Assembly (NCBI GenBank): GCA_964579435.1 | Contig: CAZOGI010000011.1 | Location: forward strand, 18,655 to 82,654 | Reading direction: 5' to 3' | DNA length: 64,000 nt | Source of the DNA: an uncultured Planctomycetales bacterium | Lineage (GTDB): Bacteria; Omnitrophota; Gorgyraeia; Gygaellales; Profunditerraquicolaceae | Shown: positions 37,646 to 46,781 of the stretch, piece by piece | How positions within the stretch are numbered: position 1 is the first letter of the stretch | Layout: each line of letters begins with the position of its first letter | Notes under the pieces: generated by a model | Told to the model about the DNA's origin: nothing | Databases searched by the model: none | The model's input: the letters and a program-made list of their open reading frames with translations, nothing else | Made by a program: the position numbers and the translations under genes

Positions 37646-38923
37646 ATGCACGATTTCCATTACCGTAACGGCACGCTCTACTGCGAAGGGATGTCCGTCG
37701 TTTCCCTGGCGCGCCGCTACGGCACGCCGCTGTACCTGTACAGCTCTGCCACGCTCACCGGCCACCTACGCAAGCTTCAGGAGGCGTTCGCGCCGGTACA
37801 ACCCCTCATCTGCTATTCCGTCAAGGCGAATTCAAACCTCGCGCTCCTGCGTTCGCTCATCCGCTGCGGCGCCGGCCTGGACATCGTCTCGGGAGGCGAA
37901 CTGTACCGGGCGCTGCGCGCCGGGTGCCCCGCGCAGCGCATCGTCTATGCCTCGGTCGGCAAAACCGCAGAGGAGATCGCCGAGGCAATACGCCGGGGGA
38001 TCCTCTTCTTCAACGTCGAGTCCCTGCCCGAGCTGGCGCAGATCGACCGCGTCGCACGCCGGCTCCGGCGAACCGCCCAGATCGCCATCCGCATCAACCC
38101 CGACGTCGAGGCAAAGACGCATCACTACATCACCACCGGCACCCTGACCAACAAATTCGGCATCGATCTGAAGAGCGCGCGGAACATCTTCGCGGCGCGC
38201 AAAAAATTCTCCCGTTTACGCCTGACGGGAGTGCATATCCATATCGGTTCCCAAATAACCGAGAGCGCTCCTTTTGTCGCGGCCCTGACCAAGATCGCTT
38301 CCTTCGTAAAGGAGCTTAAAGCAGCAGGCGCCCCCCTTGAATACCTGAATATCGGCGGCGGGATGGGGATCGTCTACCGCGACGAAACCCCCCAAACGGC
38401 GGTGGTCTATGCGCGCCGGATCGTGCCGCTCCTGCAGCGTACGGGCCTGCGGATCATTATGGAGCCGGGCAGGTTTATCGTCGGGAATGCCGGGATACTG
38501 GCGGCAAAAGTGCTCTACGTCAAGCGTTCGGTGCGCAAGACCTTCGTGATCGTCGACGCCGGCATGAACGATCTGGTGCGTCCTTCGCTCTACGGGGCGT
38601 ATCACCTGATCCAACCGGCGCGCCGCAGAGGCGGGACATGCGAGAAAGTCGATGTGGTGGGGCCGATCTGCGAGAGCGGTGATTTCCTGGCCAAGGAGCG
38701 GCTCCTGCCGCGGGTAAAGGAGAACGATATCCTGGCGGTGATGAGCGCCGGGGCGTACGGGTTTTCCATGTCATCGACCTACAACTCGCGCCGCCGTGCC
38801 GCTGAGGTGCTGGTCAAAGGCAACGAGGCGTATCTGGTCCGCCGGAGGGATTCATTCCCGGACCTGGTGCGCAACGAGATAGTCCCTGCCTGGCTGCAGG
38901 GGAAAGAGAGAATCACCCCATGA
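37646..38923 (+). CDS. lysA: Diaminopimelate decarboxylase
   Basis: Fold-III PLP decarboxylase. YSVKAN PLP-Lys, EPGR, CESGD. Confidence 0.9.
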   Translation: MHDFHYRNGTLYCEGMSVVSLARRYGTPLYLYSSATLTGHLRKLQEAFAPVQPLICYSVKANSNLALLRSLIRCGAGLDIVSGGELYRALRAGCPAQRIVYASVGKTAEEIAEAIRRGILFFNVESLPELAQIDRVARRLRRTAQIAIRINPDVEAKTHHYITTGTLTNKFGIDLKSARNIFAARKKFSRLRLTGVHIHIGSQITESAPFVAALTKIASFVKELKAAGAPLEYLNIGGGMGIVYRDETPQTAVVYARRIVPLLQRTGLRIIMEPGRFIVGNAGILAAKVLYVKRSVRKTFVIVDAGMNDLVRPSLYGAYHLIQPARRRGGTCEKVDVVGPICESGDFLAKERLLPRVKENDILAVMSAGAYGFSMSSTYNSRRRAAEVLVKGNEAYLVRRRDSFPDLVRNEIVPAWLQGKERITP

Positions 38924-39756
38924 ATATTCCAGGGCAGGGAATGCGCAAGGTACCGTTCACGAAACTGGTCGCTTCCGGCAACGATTTTGTGCTTGTCGAA
39001 GAAAAACACCTTCCCGCGCGCGTTCCCCTGACCGCGCTCGCGCGCATGATGACGAACCGCACCGAAGGCATCGGCGCCGACGGGCTTCTGGTCGTGCGCG
39101 CCGGTAGTGCCTCCTGCGCCCGGATGCGTATCTTCAACGCCGACGGTTCGGAAGCAGAGATGTGCGGCAACGGCGCGCGCTGCGTCGCGTACTATCTGGG
39201 AAAGGCGCATTCCTCTTTCCTGACCGCGGCCGGCCGCATCGAAGCGGCGCTCGCACAGACGGGCGTGCGGGTCCACCTGACCGATCCGTTCGGCCTCAAG
39301 GAGGATCTCCCGATTAGGGTCTGCGGCCGGACCCTGCGGGTGAACGTCCTGAATACCGGGGTGCCGCATGCGGTCGTTTTCGTGAACGGGCTTGAAAAAA
39401 TCCCTGTCTTTTCCCTCGGAAGGGCGATCCGGTTTCACCGCCGGTTTGCCCCCGCCGGGACAAATGTCAATTTCGTTGAGCCGCAGTCGCAGGATGCCAT
39501 CCGGGTACGGACCTATGAACGTGGCGTCGAAGACGAAACCGGCGCCTGCGGTACCGGCAGCGTTGCCGCCGCGCTCATTTTTTCGCTCAAGAGCGGATTC
39601 TGCGGATGCGTCAAGGTACACACCGCCAGCGCCGAAGTCCTGCGGGTTTATTTCGAGCGTGAGGGCAGGTCTTTTCGCCGCGTCTGGCTTGAGGGGAGCG
39701 TGCGTCGGATAGGCGCGGGGACGTTTTTCGTCCCGAGTGCAAAGGAGAAGACATGA
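38920..39756 (+). CDS. dapF: Diaminopimelate epimerase
   Basis: ASGNDFVLV and two catalytic Cys (MCGNGARC, GACGTGS). Alternative start at ATG 38941. Confidence 0.9.
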   Translation: MNIPGQGMRKVPFTKLVASGNDFVLVEEKHLPARVPLTALARMMTNRTEGIGADGLLVVRAGSASCARMRIFNADGSEAEMCGNGARCVAYYLGKAHSSFLTAAGRIEAALAQTGVRVHLTDPFGLKEDLPIRVCGRTLRVNVLNTGVPHAVVFVNGLEKIPVFSLGRAIRFHRRFAPAGTNVNFVEPQSQDAIRVRTYERGVEDETGACGTGSVAAALIFSLKSGFCGCVKVHTASAEVLRVYFEREGRSFRRVWLEGSVRRIGAGTFFVPSAKEKT

Positions 39757-40310
39757 TCTTTGTAGCCGCCGCGGTCGTTGCCGGTTTCGTGGTATTCGTT
39801 TTCGTCGGACTCTACAACAACCTTATCGTCCTCAAGAACCAGACGCGCAATGCCTGGAGCCAGATCGACGTGCAGCTCAAGCGCCGCCACGACCTGATCC
39901 CCAACCTGATTGAGGCGGTGAAGGGGGCGATGGAGTACGAACAGTCGACCCTCTCCCGGATCGTGGAAGCGCGCAACCGCGCGATGAGCGCGCAGGGAGT
40001 GCGCGAGAAGGCCCAGCAGGAGAACGTGTTGACCGAGGCGCTGGGGAAGCTCTTTGCGCTCGCCGAAAACTATCCGCAGCTGAAGGCTAATCAGAACCTG
40101 CTGCAGCTGCAGCAGGAACTTTCCTCGACCGAGGACGGGATAAGCGCTTCGCGGCAGTTCTATAACGAAAGCGCCACACGGTTCAATACCGCCCAGGAAA
40201 CATTCCCCGGGTCGCTGGTCTCGCGTATGGGCGGTTTTATGCCGGCGCAGCTGTTTGTGGTCGATGACGCAAGCCAGCGCCAGGCCCCGCGGGTCGACCT
40301 CAAAGGATAA
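39753..40310 (+). CDS. lemA: LemA family membrane protein
   Basis: N-terminal TM helix, then NAWSQIDVQLKRRHDLIPNL LemA motif. Confidence 0.8.
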   Translation: MIFVAAAVVAGFVVFVFVGLYNNLIVLKNQTRNAWSQIDVQLKRRHDLIPNLIEAVKGAMEYEQSTLSRIVEARNRAMSAQGVREKAQQENVLTEALGKLFALAENYPQLKANQNLLQLQQELSSTEDGISASRQFYNESATRFNTAQETFPGSLVSRMGGFMPAQLFVVDDASQRQAPRVDLKG

Positions 40311-40320
40311 GGGAGGCGGG

Positions 40321-41226
40321 ATGCGAAAGGAAGGATCCGGTATGTTCAGAGGCTCTATAGTCGCGATCGTCACGCCGTTCAAAAAAGGGACCGTTGATGA
40401 GAAGACCCTGCGCGCGCTCATCGAGTTCCAGATCACCAACGGCACCAGCGGGATCGTCCCCTGCGGGACCACGGGGGAGTCGGCGACCCTTTCGGTAGAG
40501 GAGCACGAACGCGTCATCGAAGTGACCATCGACCAGGCGAAGAAACGCGTACCCGTCATCGCCGGGACGGGTTCGAATTCAACCGCCGAAGCGATCGAGT
40601 TGACCCGCCATGCCGCGCGGGCGGGGGCAGACGCGTCTTTGCAGGTTTCTCCCTACTACAACCGGCCGACCCAGCAGGGGCTCTACGCTCATTTCCGGGC
40701 GGTCGCCGAAGCGGTCAAGATCCCGATCATCCTCTACAACATCGCCTCCCGTACCGGCGTCAATATCGAGCCGGAGACCATGGCGCGGCTGGCACGCGAC
40801 TGCAAGAATATCGTCGGGGTCAAGGAGGCCTCGGGTAACCTCGACCAGATGGCGCGCGTGCGCCAGGCTTGCGGCGAACGATTTCTTCTGTTGTCTGGGG
40901 ACGACAGCCTGACCCTGCCCGTTTTAAGCATCGGCGGCGCCGGGATTATCTCGGTTGCGGCTAACCTCATCCCCCAGGATGTCGCCTCGATGGTCAGCGC
41001 CTTTGAGAGCGGGGATCTTGCGGCTGCGCAGGCGCTGCATTACCGGATGCTCCCGCTCGTTAAAGCGCTTTTTTTGGAGACCAACCCCATCCCCGTCAAG
41101 ACAGCCCTGGGGCTTATGGGGATGTGCGAGCCGACGCTGCGGTTGCCGATGTGCGAACCGACGCCCCCGACACTGGAGCGTCTGAAACAGGCCCTGAGCG
41201 AGTACGGGCTCCTGAAGGCCAAGTAG
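40321..41226 (+). CDS. dapA: 4-hydroxy-tetrahydrodipicolinate synthase
   Basis: GGGAGG RBS, then ATG 40321. GTTGES, Schiff-base Lys region. Confidence 0.9.
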   Translation: MRKEGSGMFRGSIVAIVTPFKKGTVDEKTLRALIEFQITNGTSGIVPCGTTGESATLSVEEHERVIEVTIDQAKKRVPVIAGTGSNSTAEAIELTRHAARAGADASLQVSPYYNRPTQQGLYAHFRAVAEAVKIPIILYNIASRTGVNIEPETMARLARDCKNIVGVKEASGNLDQMARVRQACGERFLLLSGDDSLTLPVLSIGGAGIISVAANLIPQDVASMVSAFESGDLAAAQALHYRMLPLVKALFLETNPIPVKTALGLMGMCEPTLRLPMCEPTPPTLERLKQALSEYGLLKAK

Positions 41227-41236
41227 GGAGGAAGCG

Positions 41237-41989
41237 GTGGAATTCCCCAAAACAAATCAAAACAGGATCAAGATCGGGATCATCGGCGCCTGCGGCAAGA
41301 TGGGGCGGCGGCTGTTTGAGCTTGCGGCGCACGACGATGACCTCGAGATCACGTTTGCCCTCGAGCAGAAAGGCACCGCCGCGATCGGAAAAGAGCTCGG
41401 CAAGATCAAGGTCTCCTCGAACCCCGACGGGGTCTTCCTGACCGACGTGGTCATCGATTTTACGGTCCCGCAGGCCTCGATGGCAAATCTTTCCGCGGTT
41501 GCCCGGCACCGTAAAGCGCTTGTCCTGGGCACGACCGGTTTTAGCGCCGAAGAGCTCAGGGAGATAGAGGAAGCCTCAAAGGTCATCCCGGTCGTGTTCT
41601 CCCCGAATATGTCCGTCGGGGTGAACGTGCTTTTCTCGATCCTTCCGGAAATCGCCCGGCGCCTGGGGCGGGAATACAAGATCGAGATCGTCGAGGCCCA
41701 CCATACGGCCAAGAGGGACGCTCCGTCGGGCACTGCGCGCAAGTGCGCCGAGGTGCTGCAGGCGTACGTGCAGGAGCCGATCCCCACGCATTCCATCCGC
41801 CTCGGCGATATTGTCGGCGACCACACCATTATCTTCTGCGGCAATGCCGAGCGTATCGAGGTGAAACACCAGGCACATTCGAGGGACCTCTTCGCCATCG
41901 GCGCTCTGAAGGCGGCCAAGTGGGTGCACGGCAAGCCGCCGGGATTGTATTCGATGCAGCAGGTCCTGGAAAAGAAACATGACACATGA
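41237..41989 (+). CDS. dapB: 4-hydroxy-tetrahydrodipicolinate reductase
   Basis: GTG start 5 nt after GGGAGG. IGIIGACGKMGR. Ends ...KKHDT, with the tail encoded by repeat copy d. Confidence 0.9.
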   Translation: MEFPKTNQNRIKIGIIGACGKMGRRLFELAAHDDDLEITFALEQKGTAAIGKELGKIKVSSNPDGVFLTDVVIDFTVPQASMANLSAVARHRKALVLGTTGFSAEELREIEEASKVIPVVFSPNMSVGVNVLFSILPEIARRLGREYKIEIVEAHHTAKRDAPSGTARKCAEVLQAYVQEPIPTHSIRLGDIVGDHTIIFCGNAERIEVKHQAHSRDLFAIGALKAAKWVHGKPPGLYSMQQVLEKKHDT

Positions 41990-42064
41990 CACCAGACACC
42001 GGAATGATTCTTCCCGCGGTGACGGGGGGGAGTACGGGTTATTCTTTGTTTCTGGTGCCCGGTG
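41978..42064 (+). repeat. GACAC-heptad palindromic repeat element, copy d (supplies the HDT-stop of dapB)
   Basis: CATGACACATGACACCAGACACCGG ... TTTGTTTCTGGTGCCCGGTG inverted arms. Confidence 0.6.
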
Positions 42065-42074
42065 CGTTTGAGCA

Positions 42075-43280
42075 ATGACTAAACAAAAGGTGCTTGCGTT
42101 GAAACAACTTTCCCCGGGTTTTCCCGTTTCCAAGCGGCTGCAGGCGCTGCCGCCGTATCTGTTCGTCGAGATCGACAAGGCAAAACGTAAGGCGCGCGCC
42201 GAAGGCAGGGATATCATCGACCTGGGTATCGGCGATCCCGATCAGCCGACCCCGGCGCATATCATCGAGCGCCTGCGCCAGGCGGCAGGCGATCCGGCGA
42301 ATCACCGCTATGCCCTGGATCAGGGGATGCCGGCTTTGCGTCAGGAGATCGCCGCCTGGTACCACCGTCGTTTCGGCGTGAGTCTCGATCCCGATACCGA
42401 GATCCTTCCCTTGATCGGCTCCAAAGAGGGGATCGCGCACCTGCCTCTGGCATTCGTCAACCCGGGAGAGGCGGCCCTGGTGCCCGATCCCTGCTACCCG
42501 CCGTATAAAGGCGGCGTGATCTTTGCCGGGGGCACCCCGGTGCTGATGCCGCTGCGCGAGGAGAACGGGTTCCTCCCCGATCTGGATGCCGTCTCCGTTT
42601 CTGCCCGTAAGAAGGCGCGTCTGTTCTTTATGAATTATCCGAACAATCCAACCGGAAGCGTTGCCGACGCGGCATTCTATGGAAAAGCCGTGCAATACGC
42701 CCGTCGTCACCGGATGATCGCCGTTTCGGACCTTGCCTATTCCGAGATGAGCTATGACGGTTACCGGCCGCAGAGTTTTCTGGAGATACCGGGGGCGCGG
42801 GAGGTGGGTATCGAATTCCACTCCCTCTCCAAGACCTACAACATGACCGGCTGGAGGGTCGGCTGGGCGTGCGGGAACGCCGCCCTGATCGCGGGCCTGG
42901 CAAAGGTCAAGTCCAACATCGATTCCGGGATCTTCACCGCCCTGCAGCATGCGGCGGTTGCCGCCCTGCAGACCCCCGAGACGCTCCTGCGCTCGCTCTG
43001 CGCGATGTACCAGGCGCGCCGCGATGCGCTCGTGCAGGGGCTGCGTTCCCTCGGCTGGTCGGTGAGCGCGCCGAAGGCGACCTTTTATCTGTGGGTAAAG
43101 ATCCCGGTCAAAAAGATGGGATCGATCGCCTGCGCCGCTGCGGTGCTGGAGCGTGCGGATATCGTCGTGACGCCGGGAGTCGGTTTCGGTGCGCACGGCG
43201 AGGGATATATCCGCATGGCCTTGACCGTACCCGAAGAGCGCATCCGGGAAGCGCTCAGGCGTCTTGAGAGCGTTTTTTAA
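42075..43280 (+). CDS. dapL: LL-diaminopimelate aminotransferase (class-I aminotransferase)
   Basis: LPPYLFVEIDK N-terminal DapL signature, then class-I aminotransferase motifs (LSKTYNMTGWRVG). Confidence 0.8.
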   Translation: MTKQKVLALKQLSPGFPVSKRLQALPPYLFVEIDKAKRKARAEGRDIIDLGIGDPDQPTPAHIIERLRQAAGDPANHRYALDQGMPALRQEIAAWYHRRFGVSLDPDTEILPLIGSKEGIAHLPLAFVNPGEAALVPDPCYPPYKGGVIFAGGTPVLMPLREENGFLPDLDAVSVSARKKARLFFMNYPNNPTGSVADAAFYGKAVQYARRHRMIAVSDLAYSEMSYDGYRPQSFLEIPGAREVGIEFHSLSKTYNMTGWRVGWACGNAALIAGLAKVKSNIDSGIFTALQHAAVAALQTPETLLRSLCAMYQARRDALVQGLRSLGWSVSAPKATFYLWVKIPVKKMGSIACAAAVLERADIVVTPGVGFGAHGEGYIRMALTVPEERIREALRRLESVF

Positions 43281-43323
43281 AACGGTTGCCTCCGGGACGG
43301 AAACCGGCGGCAGCAAAGTGCCG

Positions 43324-43725
43324 ATGGTCATTTGTTATCTGGCGCTCGGGTCCAACCTCGGGCCGCGGCGCCGGACGATCAGAAAGGCAGTGCAGTTGAT
43401 CAGCGCCTTGCCGGGGACCCGGGTCCTCAAGCGTTCGCGACTCATCGAAACAGAAGCCGTCGGCGGTCCTGCCGGGGGGCCGCGGTTTTTCAATGCCTGC
43501 ATCAAAATTGAAACGTCCCTTCCTGTTTATTCACTGCTGGGCTGTCTCCAGCGCATCGAAAAAGAGCTCGGACGCACGCGTACGAAACGCTGGGGAGCGC
43601 GCACCATCGATGTGGATATTTTGCTCTACGGCGACCGGATCATCGATACCCGCCGTCTGAAGCTTCCGCATCCGCGGATGTTCGGGCGGCAGTTCGTGTT
43701 GCGGCCTTTACGGGAGGTGCTATGA
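43324..43725 (+). CDS. folK: 2-amino-4-hydroxy-6-hydroxymethyldihydropteridine pyrophosphokinase
   Basis: ICYLALGSNLG...RWGARTIDVDILLYGD HPPK motifs. Confidence 0.85.
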   Translation: MVICYLALGSNLGPRRRTIRKAVQLISALPGTRVLKRSRLIETEAVGGPAGGPRFFNACIKIETSLPVYSLLGCLQRIEKELGRTRTKRWGARTIDVDILLYGDRIIDTRRLKLPHPRMFGRQFVLRPLREVL

Positions 43726-44576
43726 AGCTCCTGCGCTCTCCCGCGGCAATACGCCGGCAGGTAATGCGGCTGCGCAGGCAGGGGCGCAGCGTGGCTTTCG
43801 TGCCGACGATGGGGGCGTTGCATGAAGGCCACTGCAGCCTGATACGGCGCGCCCGCGCCGAGTGCGGTTGCGTCGTCGTGAGCATATTCGTCAATCCCCT
43901 CCAGTTCGGCCCGCGCGAGGATCTCGCGCGCTACCCCCGGCCGCTCGCGCAGGATCTGGCCGCCTGCCGCCGGGAAGGGGTCGCGGCGGTCTTTCTGCCG
44001 AGCGCCGCGTCCTTGTACCCCGGCGGATTCTGCACGCGGGTCTCGGTCGAAGGCATAAGCGATGTCCTCTGCGGCCGCTCACGCCCGGGGCATTTTTCGG
44101 GCGTGGCGACGGTGGTTGCCAAACTCCTGAATATCGTGCAGCCGACGGCCGCCTATTTCGGTCAGAAAGATTTTCAGCAGACCGTGGTCATTCGCCGGAT
44201 GTGCGCCGATCTGAACGTTGCGGTGCGCATTCGCGTTTGTGCGACGGTCCGCGAGCCCGACGGCCTGGCCATGAGTTCGCGCAACCGTTACTTAAGCCCC
44301 GCCGAGCGCAGTGAAGCGGTTTTGCTCTTTCGCGCCCTCCGGCAGGCGGCCGCGTTAGCCCGTTCGGGGGTGCGTGCCCCCGCGGCGCTGATGCGCTCGA
44401 TGCGCGCCTGTTTGGCGCACTCGCGGGTGCGTATCGATTATCTTGCGGTCGTCGACCCGCGGACGCTCATGCCGCTGCGCCGGATAGAGAAGACGGCGTT
44501 GATCGCCGCGGCGGTGTGGCTCGGCAAGACCCGTTTGATCGATAATATCCTTATCGGCGGCAGGGGGAGGGTATGA
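43722..44576 (+). CDS. panC: Pantoate--beta-alanine ligase
   Basis: FVPTMGALHEGH HIGH-type motif. ATGA overlap. Confidence 0.9.
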   Translation: MKLLRSPAAIRRQVMRLRRQGRSVAFVPTMGALHEGHCSLIRRARAECGCVVVSIFVNPLQFGPREDLARYPRPLAQDLAACRREGVAAVFLPSAASLYPGGFCTRVSVEGISDVLCGRSRPGHFSGVATVVAKLLNIVQPTAAYFGQKDFQQTVVIRRMCADLNVAVRIRVCATVREPDGLAMSSRNRYLSPAERSEAVLLFRALRQAAALARSGVRAPAALMRSMRACLAHSRVRIDYLAVVDPRTLMPLRRIEKTALIAAAVWLGKTRLIDNILIGGRGRV

Positions 44577-45361
44577 GGCTGGCAGTCGGTATTGTCGGGT
44601 GCGGCGCGATCGGCACTTCTTTAGCCGGGGTTATCCGGCGTTCTTTCAAGAGCAGGGCGCGGCTCTGCGCTCTCTTCGATGTCGACCGGGAAAAGGCCCG
44701 CCGGCTCTCCCGCGCACTGCAGGGATCGGCAGGACTTGCCGTTTCTTCGCTTCAGGAACTGATCCGCAGGTCTTCGCTGGTGATCGAAGCTGCGTGCGCC
44801 GCGGATTCGGCGCGGATCGCGCGCCAGGCGATCGCGGCAAAGCGGGATGTTTTGGTTTTAAGCGTCGGCGGCCTGTTGGGTACGCTCCCGGCGCTGGAGC
44901 GCGCCGCCCGCAGAACCGGCGCGCGGCTGTACCTGCCCAGCGGGGCAATCGCCGGGTTGGATGCGGTCAAGGCGTTGCGGGCAGGGGGCCTCGTGCGGGT
45001 CACCTTGACGACCCGTAAACATCCGTCTTCCCTGCCTGCAGCTGCGGCGGTCAGAAAAAAGCGGGTCGTCTTTGAGGGCAACGCCCTCGAGGCGGTCCGC
45101 AGATTTCCGCAGAATATCAACGTTGCAGCGGCCTTGAGCATCGCCGGCCTGGGGGCGCGGCGAACGCGCGTGCGTATCGTCGCCGATCCCGCGGCGCGCC
45201 GCAATATCCATGAGATCGAAGTGGTGGCGAAGGCGGGACGGGGGGTGTTCAGAACAGAGAATGTGTTGCATCCGCGCAACCGCAAAACCAGTTACCTTGC
45301 GGTGCTGTCTGCGGTCGAGGTGGTGCGCGGGATTTTGTCGCCGGTGAAAATCGGCACGTAA
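44573..45361 (+). CDS. L-aspartate dehydrogenase-like NAD(P) oxidoreductase
   Basis: VGIVGCGAIG Rossmann motif, NVAAALS region. Confidence 0.65.
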   Translation: MRLAVGIVGCGAIGTSLAGVIRRSFKSRARLCALFDVDREKARRLSRALQGSAGLAVSSLQELIRRSSLVIEAACAADSARIARQAIAAKRDVLVLSVGGLLGTLPALERAARRTGARLYLPSGAIAGLDAVKALRAGGLVRVTLTTRKHPSSLPAAAAVRKKRVVFEGNALEAVRRFPQNINVAAALSIAGLGARRTRVRIVADPAARRNIHEIEVVAKAGRGVFRTENVLHPRNRKTSYLAVLSAVEVVRGILSPVKIGT

Positions 45362-45393
45362 CAAAATACGAAAGCGAAAGGAGGTGATTCGGC

Positions 45394-45636
45394 ATGGCGA
45401 AAAAGCTGGTGAAACTGGGTGTGAAGAGGGAGAAGGGATACCTCTATTACATCGGCAAAGACGGAGACGTCTATTGCGCAAAGATGGCCCGCGGAAGCAA
45501 AAAGGGCGGTAGCCCCAAGAAGGTTGCTAAAGCAGGCATCAAACGTCAGGAAGGGTGCTTATACTTCCTCGATAAGCAGGGCGACGTTTCTTGCGCGATC
45601 ATGAAAAGAGGCGGTAAGAAAAAGAAGAAGAGATAG
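45394..45636 (+). CDS. Small Lys-rich protein built from two ~35-aa tandem repeats, unknown function
   Basis: AGGAGG RBS. Repeats KLGVKREKGYLYYIGKDGDVYCAKMARG and KAGIKRQEGCLYFLDKQGDVSCAIMKRG. Poly-K tail. Confidence 0.55.
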   Translation: MAKKLVKLGVKREKGYLYYIGKDGDVYCAKMARGSKKGGSPKKVAKAGIKRQEGCLYFLDKQGDVSCAIMKRGGKKKKKR

Positions 45637-45650
45637 AAGCATGAGGTGCC

Positions 45651-45707
45651 GGGGATGCCCTCCTTCGGGCGCGTTTTTTCTGAACGAGCTGTTGGAGGGC
45701 ATCCCCA
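45651..45707 (+). terminator. Perfect 13-bp inverted repeat hairpin (GGGGATGCCCTCC / GGAGGGCATCCCC, 31-nt loop) with no clear T-run
   Basis: Read directly from the sequence. Lies between the small repeat gene and the GT1 gene. Confidence 0.35.
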
Positions 45708-45740
45708 TTAGTGCGGTTCCTGGGGAAAGGTTCTTAATCG

Positions 45741-46781
45741 GTGCGGATCGGTTTTTTTCGCCATAGCATCCTGAATCGCGGCGGCGACAAGGCGGCGCTT
45801 GCCTATGCGCAGGCGCTCTCCCGTCGCGGCCATACGGTCACTCTCTGGGTGCGGCGTATCGAGACGGTTTTTCCCCTTCCGGAGGGCGTACGCATCGAGC
45901 GCCTTGCGGCAGCGTCAAAGGCGGGCACCGTCTGGGCCGCCCTGACGCGGCGCCTTCCCGTCGATGTCGTGGTCGTGGACATCGTCGCCCTTGCCCTGTT
46001 GCTTTCGTTGCGCAATTCCGGCCGGGTGGTCTATCTGGCCGAAGATTACGACGAGTCGTACTACCGTTCTTTCCTGATGCGCGCGCTCATCCGGATCCTC
46101 TACCACTGCGCTTTGCAGGGACGCCGGATCCCGGCGGTTGCCGTCTCCGCGGAATTGGCGCAGATCTTCCGGCGGCGTTTCCGGCGGGAAGCCCCGGTCA
46201 TCCCCAACGGGATCGATCTGGATGAATTCCCTGTGTTGGCGCCCCGGCGGGAGCGCGCCGGGTGTTTGCGCGTGCTTGTTTTTTCCCGGGGCGATTACCG
46301 AAAAGGGTTCGATATCGCCCGCGCGGTGCTGGCTTCCAGCGTCCGGGAAGGGAAAGAGCCGTTTGAGGTCTGGGCAGTGGGGGAGGAGGCCAGAATAGAC
46401 GGCCTGACCGTCGTCAACTACGGGTTTGTCGCGCCCCGGCGCGTACACGAACTCCTGCGGGAAGCGGATATTCTGCTCTATCCGACCCGGCACGAAGGTT
46501 TGCCCTTTTTCGTTCTCGAAGCCCTTGCCTGCGGCTGTTGCGTCGTGACGACGACGGCTGCCGGGGTCGTGACCGACGGCGTCGATGCTTTGGTGAGCGC
46601 ACCCGGCGATGCGCGGCTTCTGCAGCGGCATCTCTGCGCACTCCTGAGCGATCCCTCCTTGCGGGCGCGCCTGCGTGCCCAGGGCTACCGGACCGTGCAG
46701 CGCTATTCTTTCGGGCAGAGCGCGCAGCGTCTGGAGGCGTTTCTCGGCGAGGTCTGCGGCAGCGGGGGCTCTCGGCCATGA
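45741..46781 (+). CDS. Family-1 (GT4-type) glycosyltransferase
   Basis: C-terminal EGLPFFVLEALACG E-x7-E-like motif. Confidence 0.8.
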   Translation: MRIGFFRHSILNRGGDKAALAYAQALSRRGHTVTLWVRRIETVFPLPEGVRIERLAAASKAGTVWAALTRRLPVDVVVVDIVALALLLSLRNSGRVVYLAEDYDESYYRSFLMRALIRILYHCALQGRRIPAVAVSAELAQIFRRRFRREAPVIPNGIDLDEFPVLAPRRERAGCLRVLVFSRGDYRKGFDIARAVLASSVREGKEPFEVWAVGEEARIDGLTVVNYGFVAPRRVHELLREADILLYPTRHEGLPFFVLEALACGCCVVTTTAAGVVTDGVDALVSAPGDARLLQRHLCALLSDPSLRARLRAQGYRTVQRYSFGQSAQRLEAFLGEVCGSGGSRP

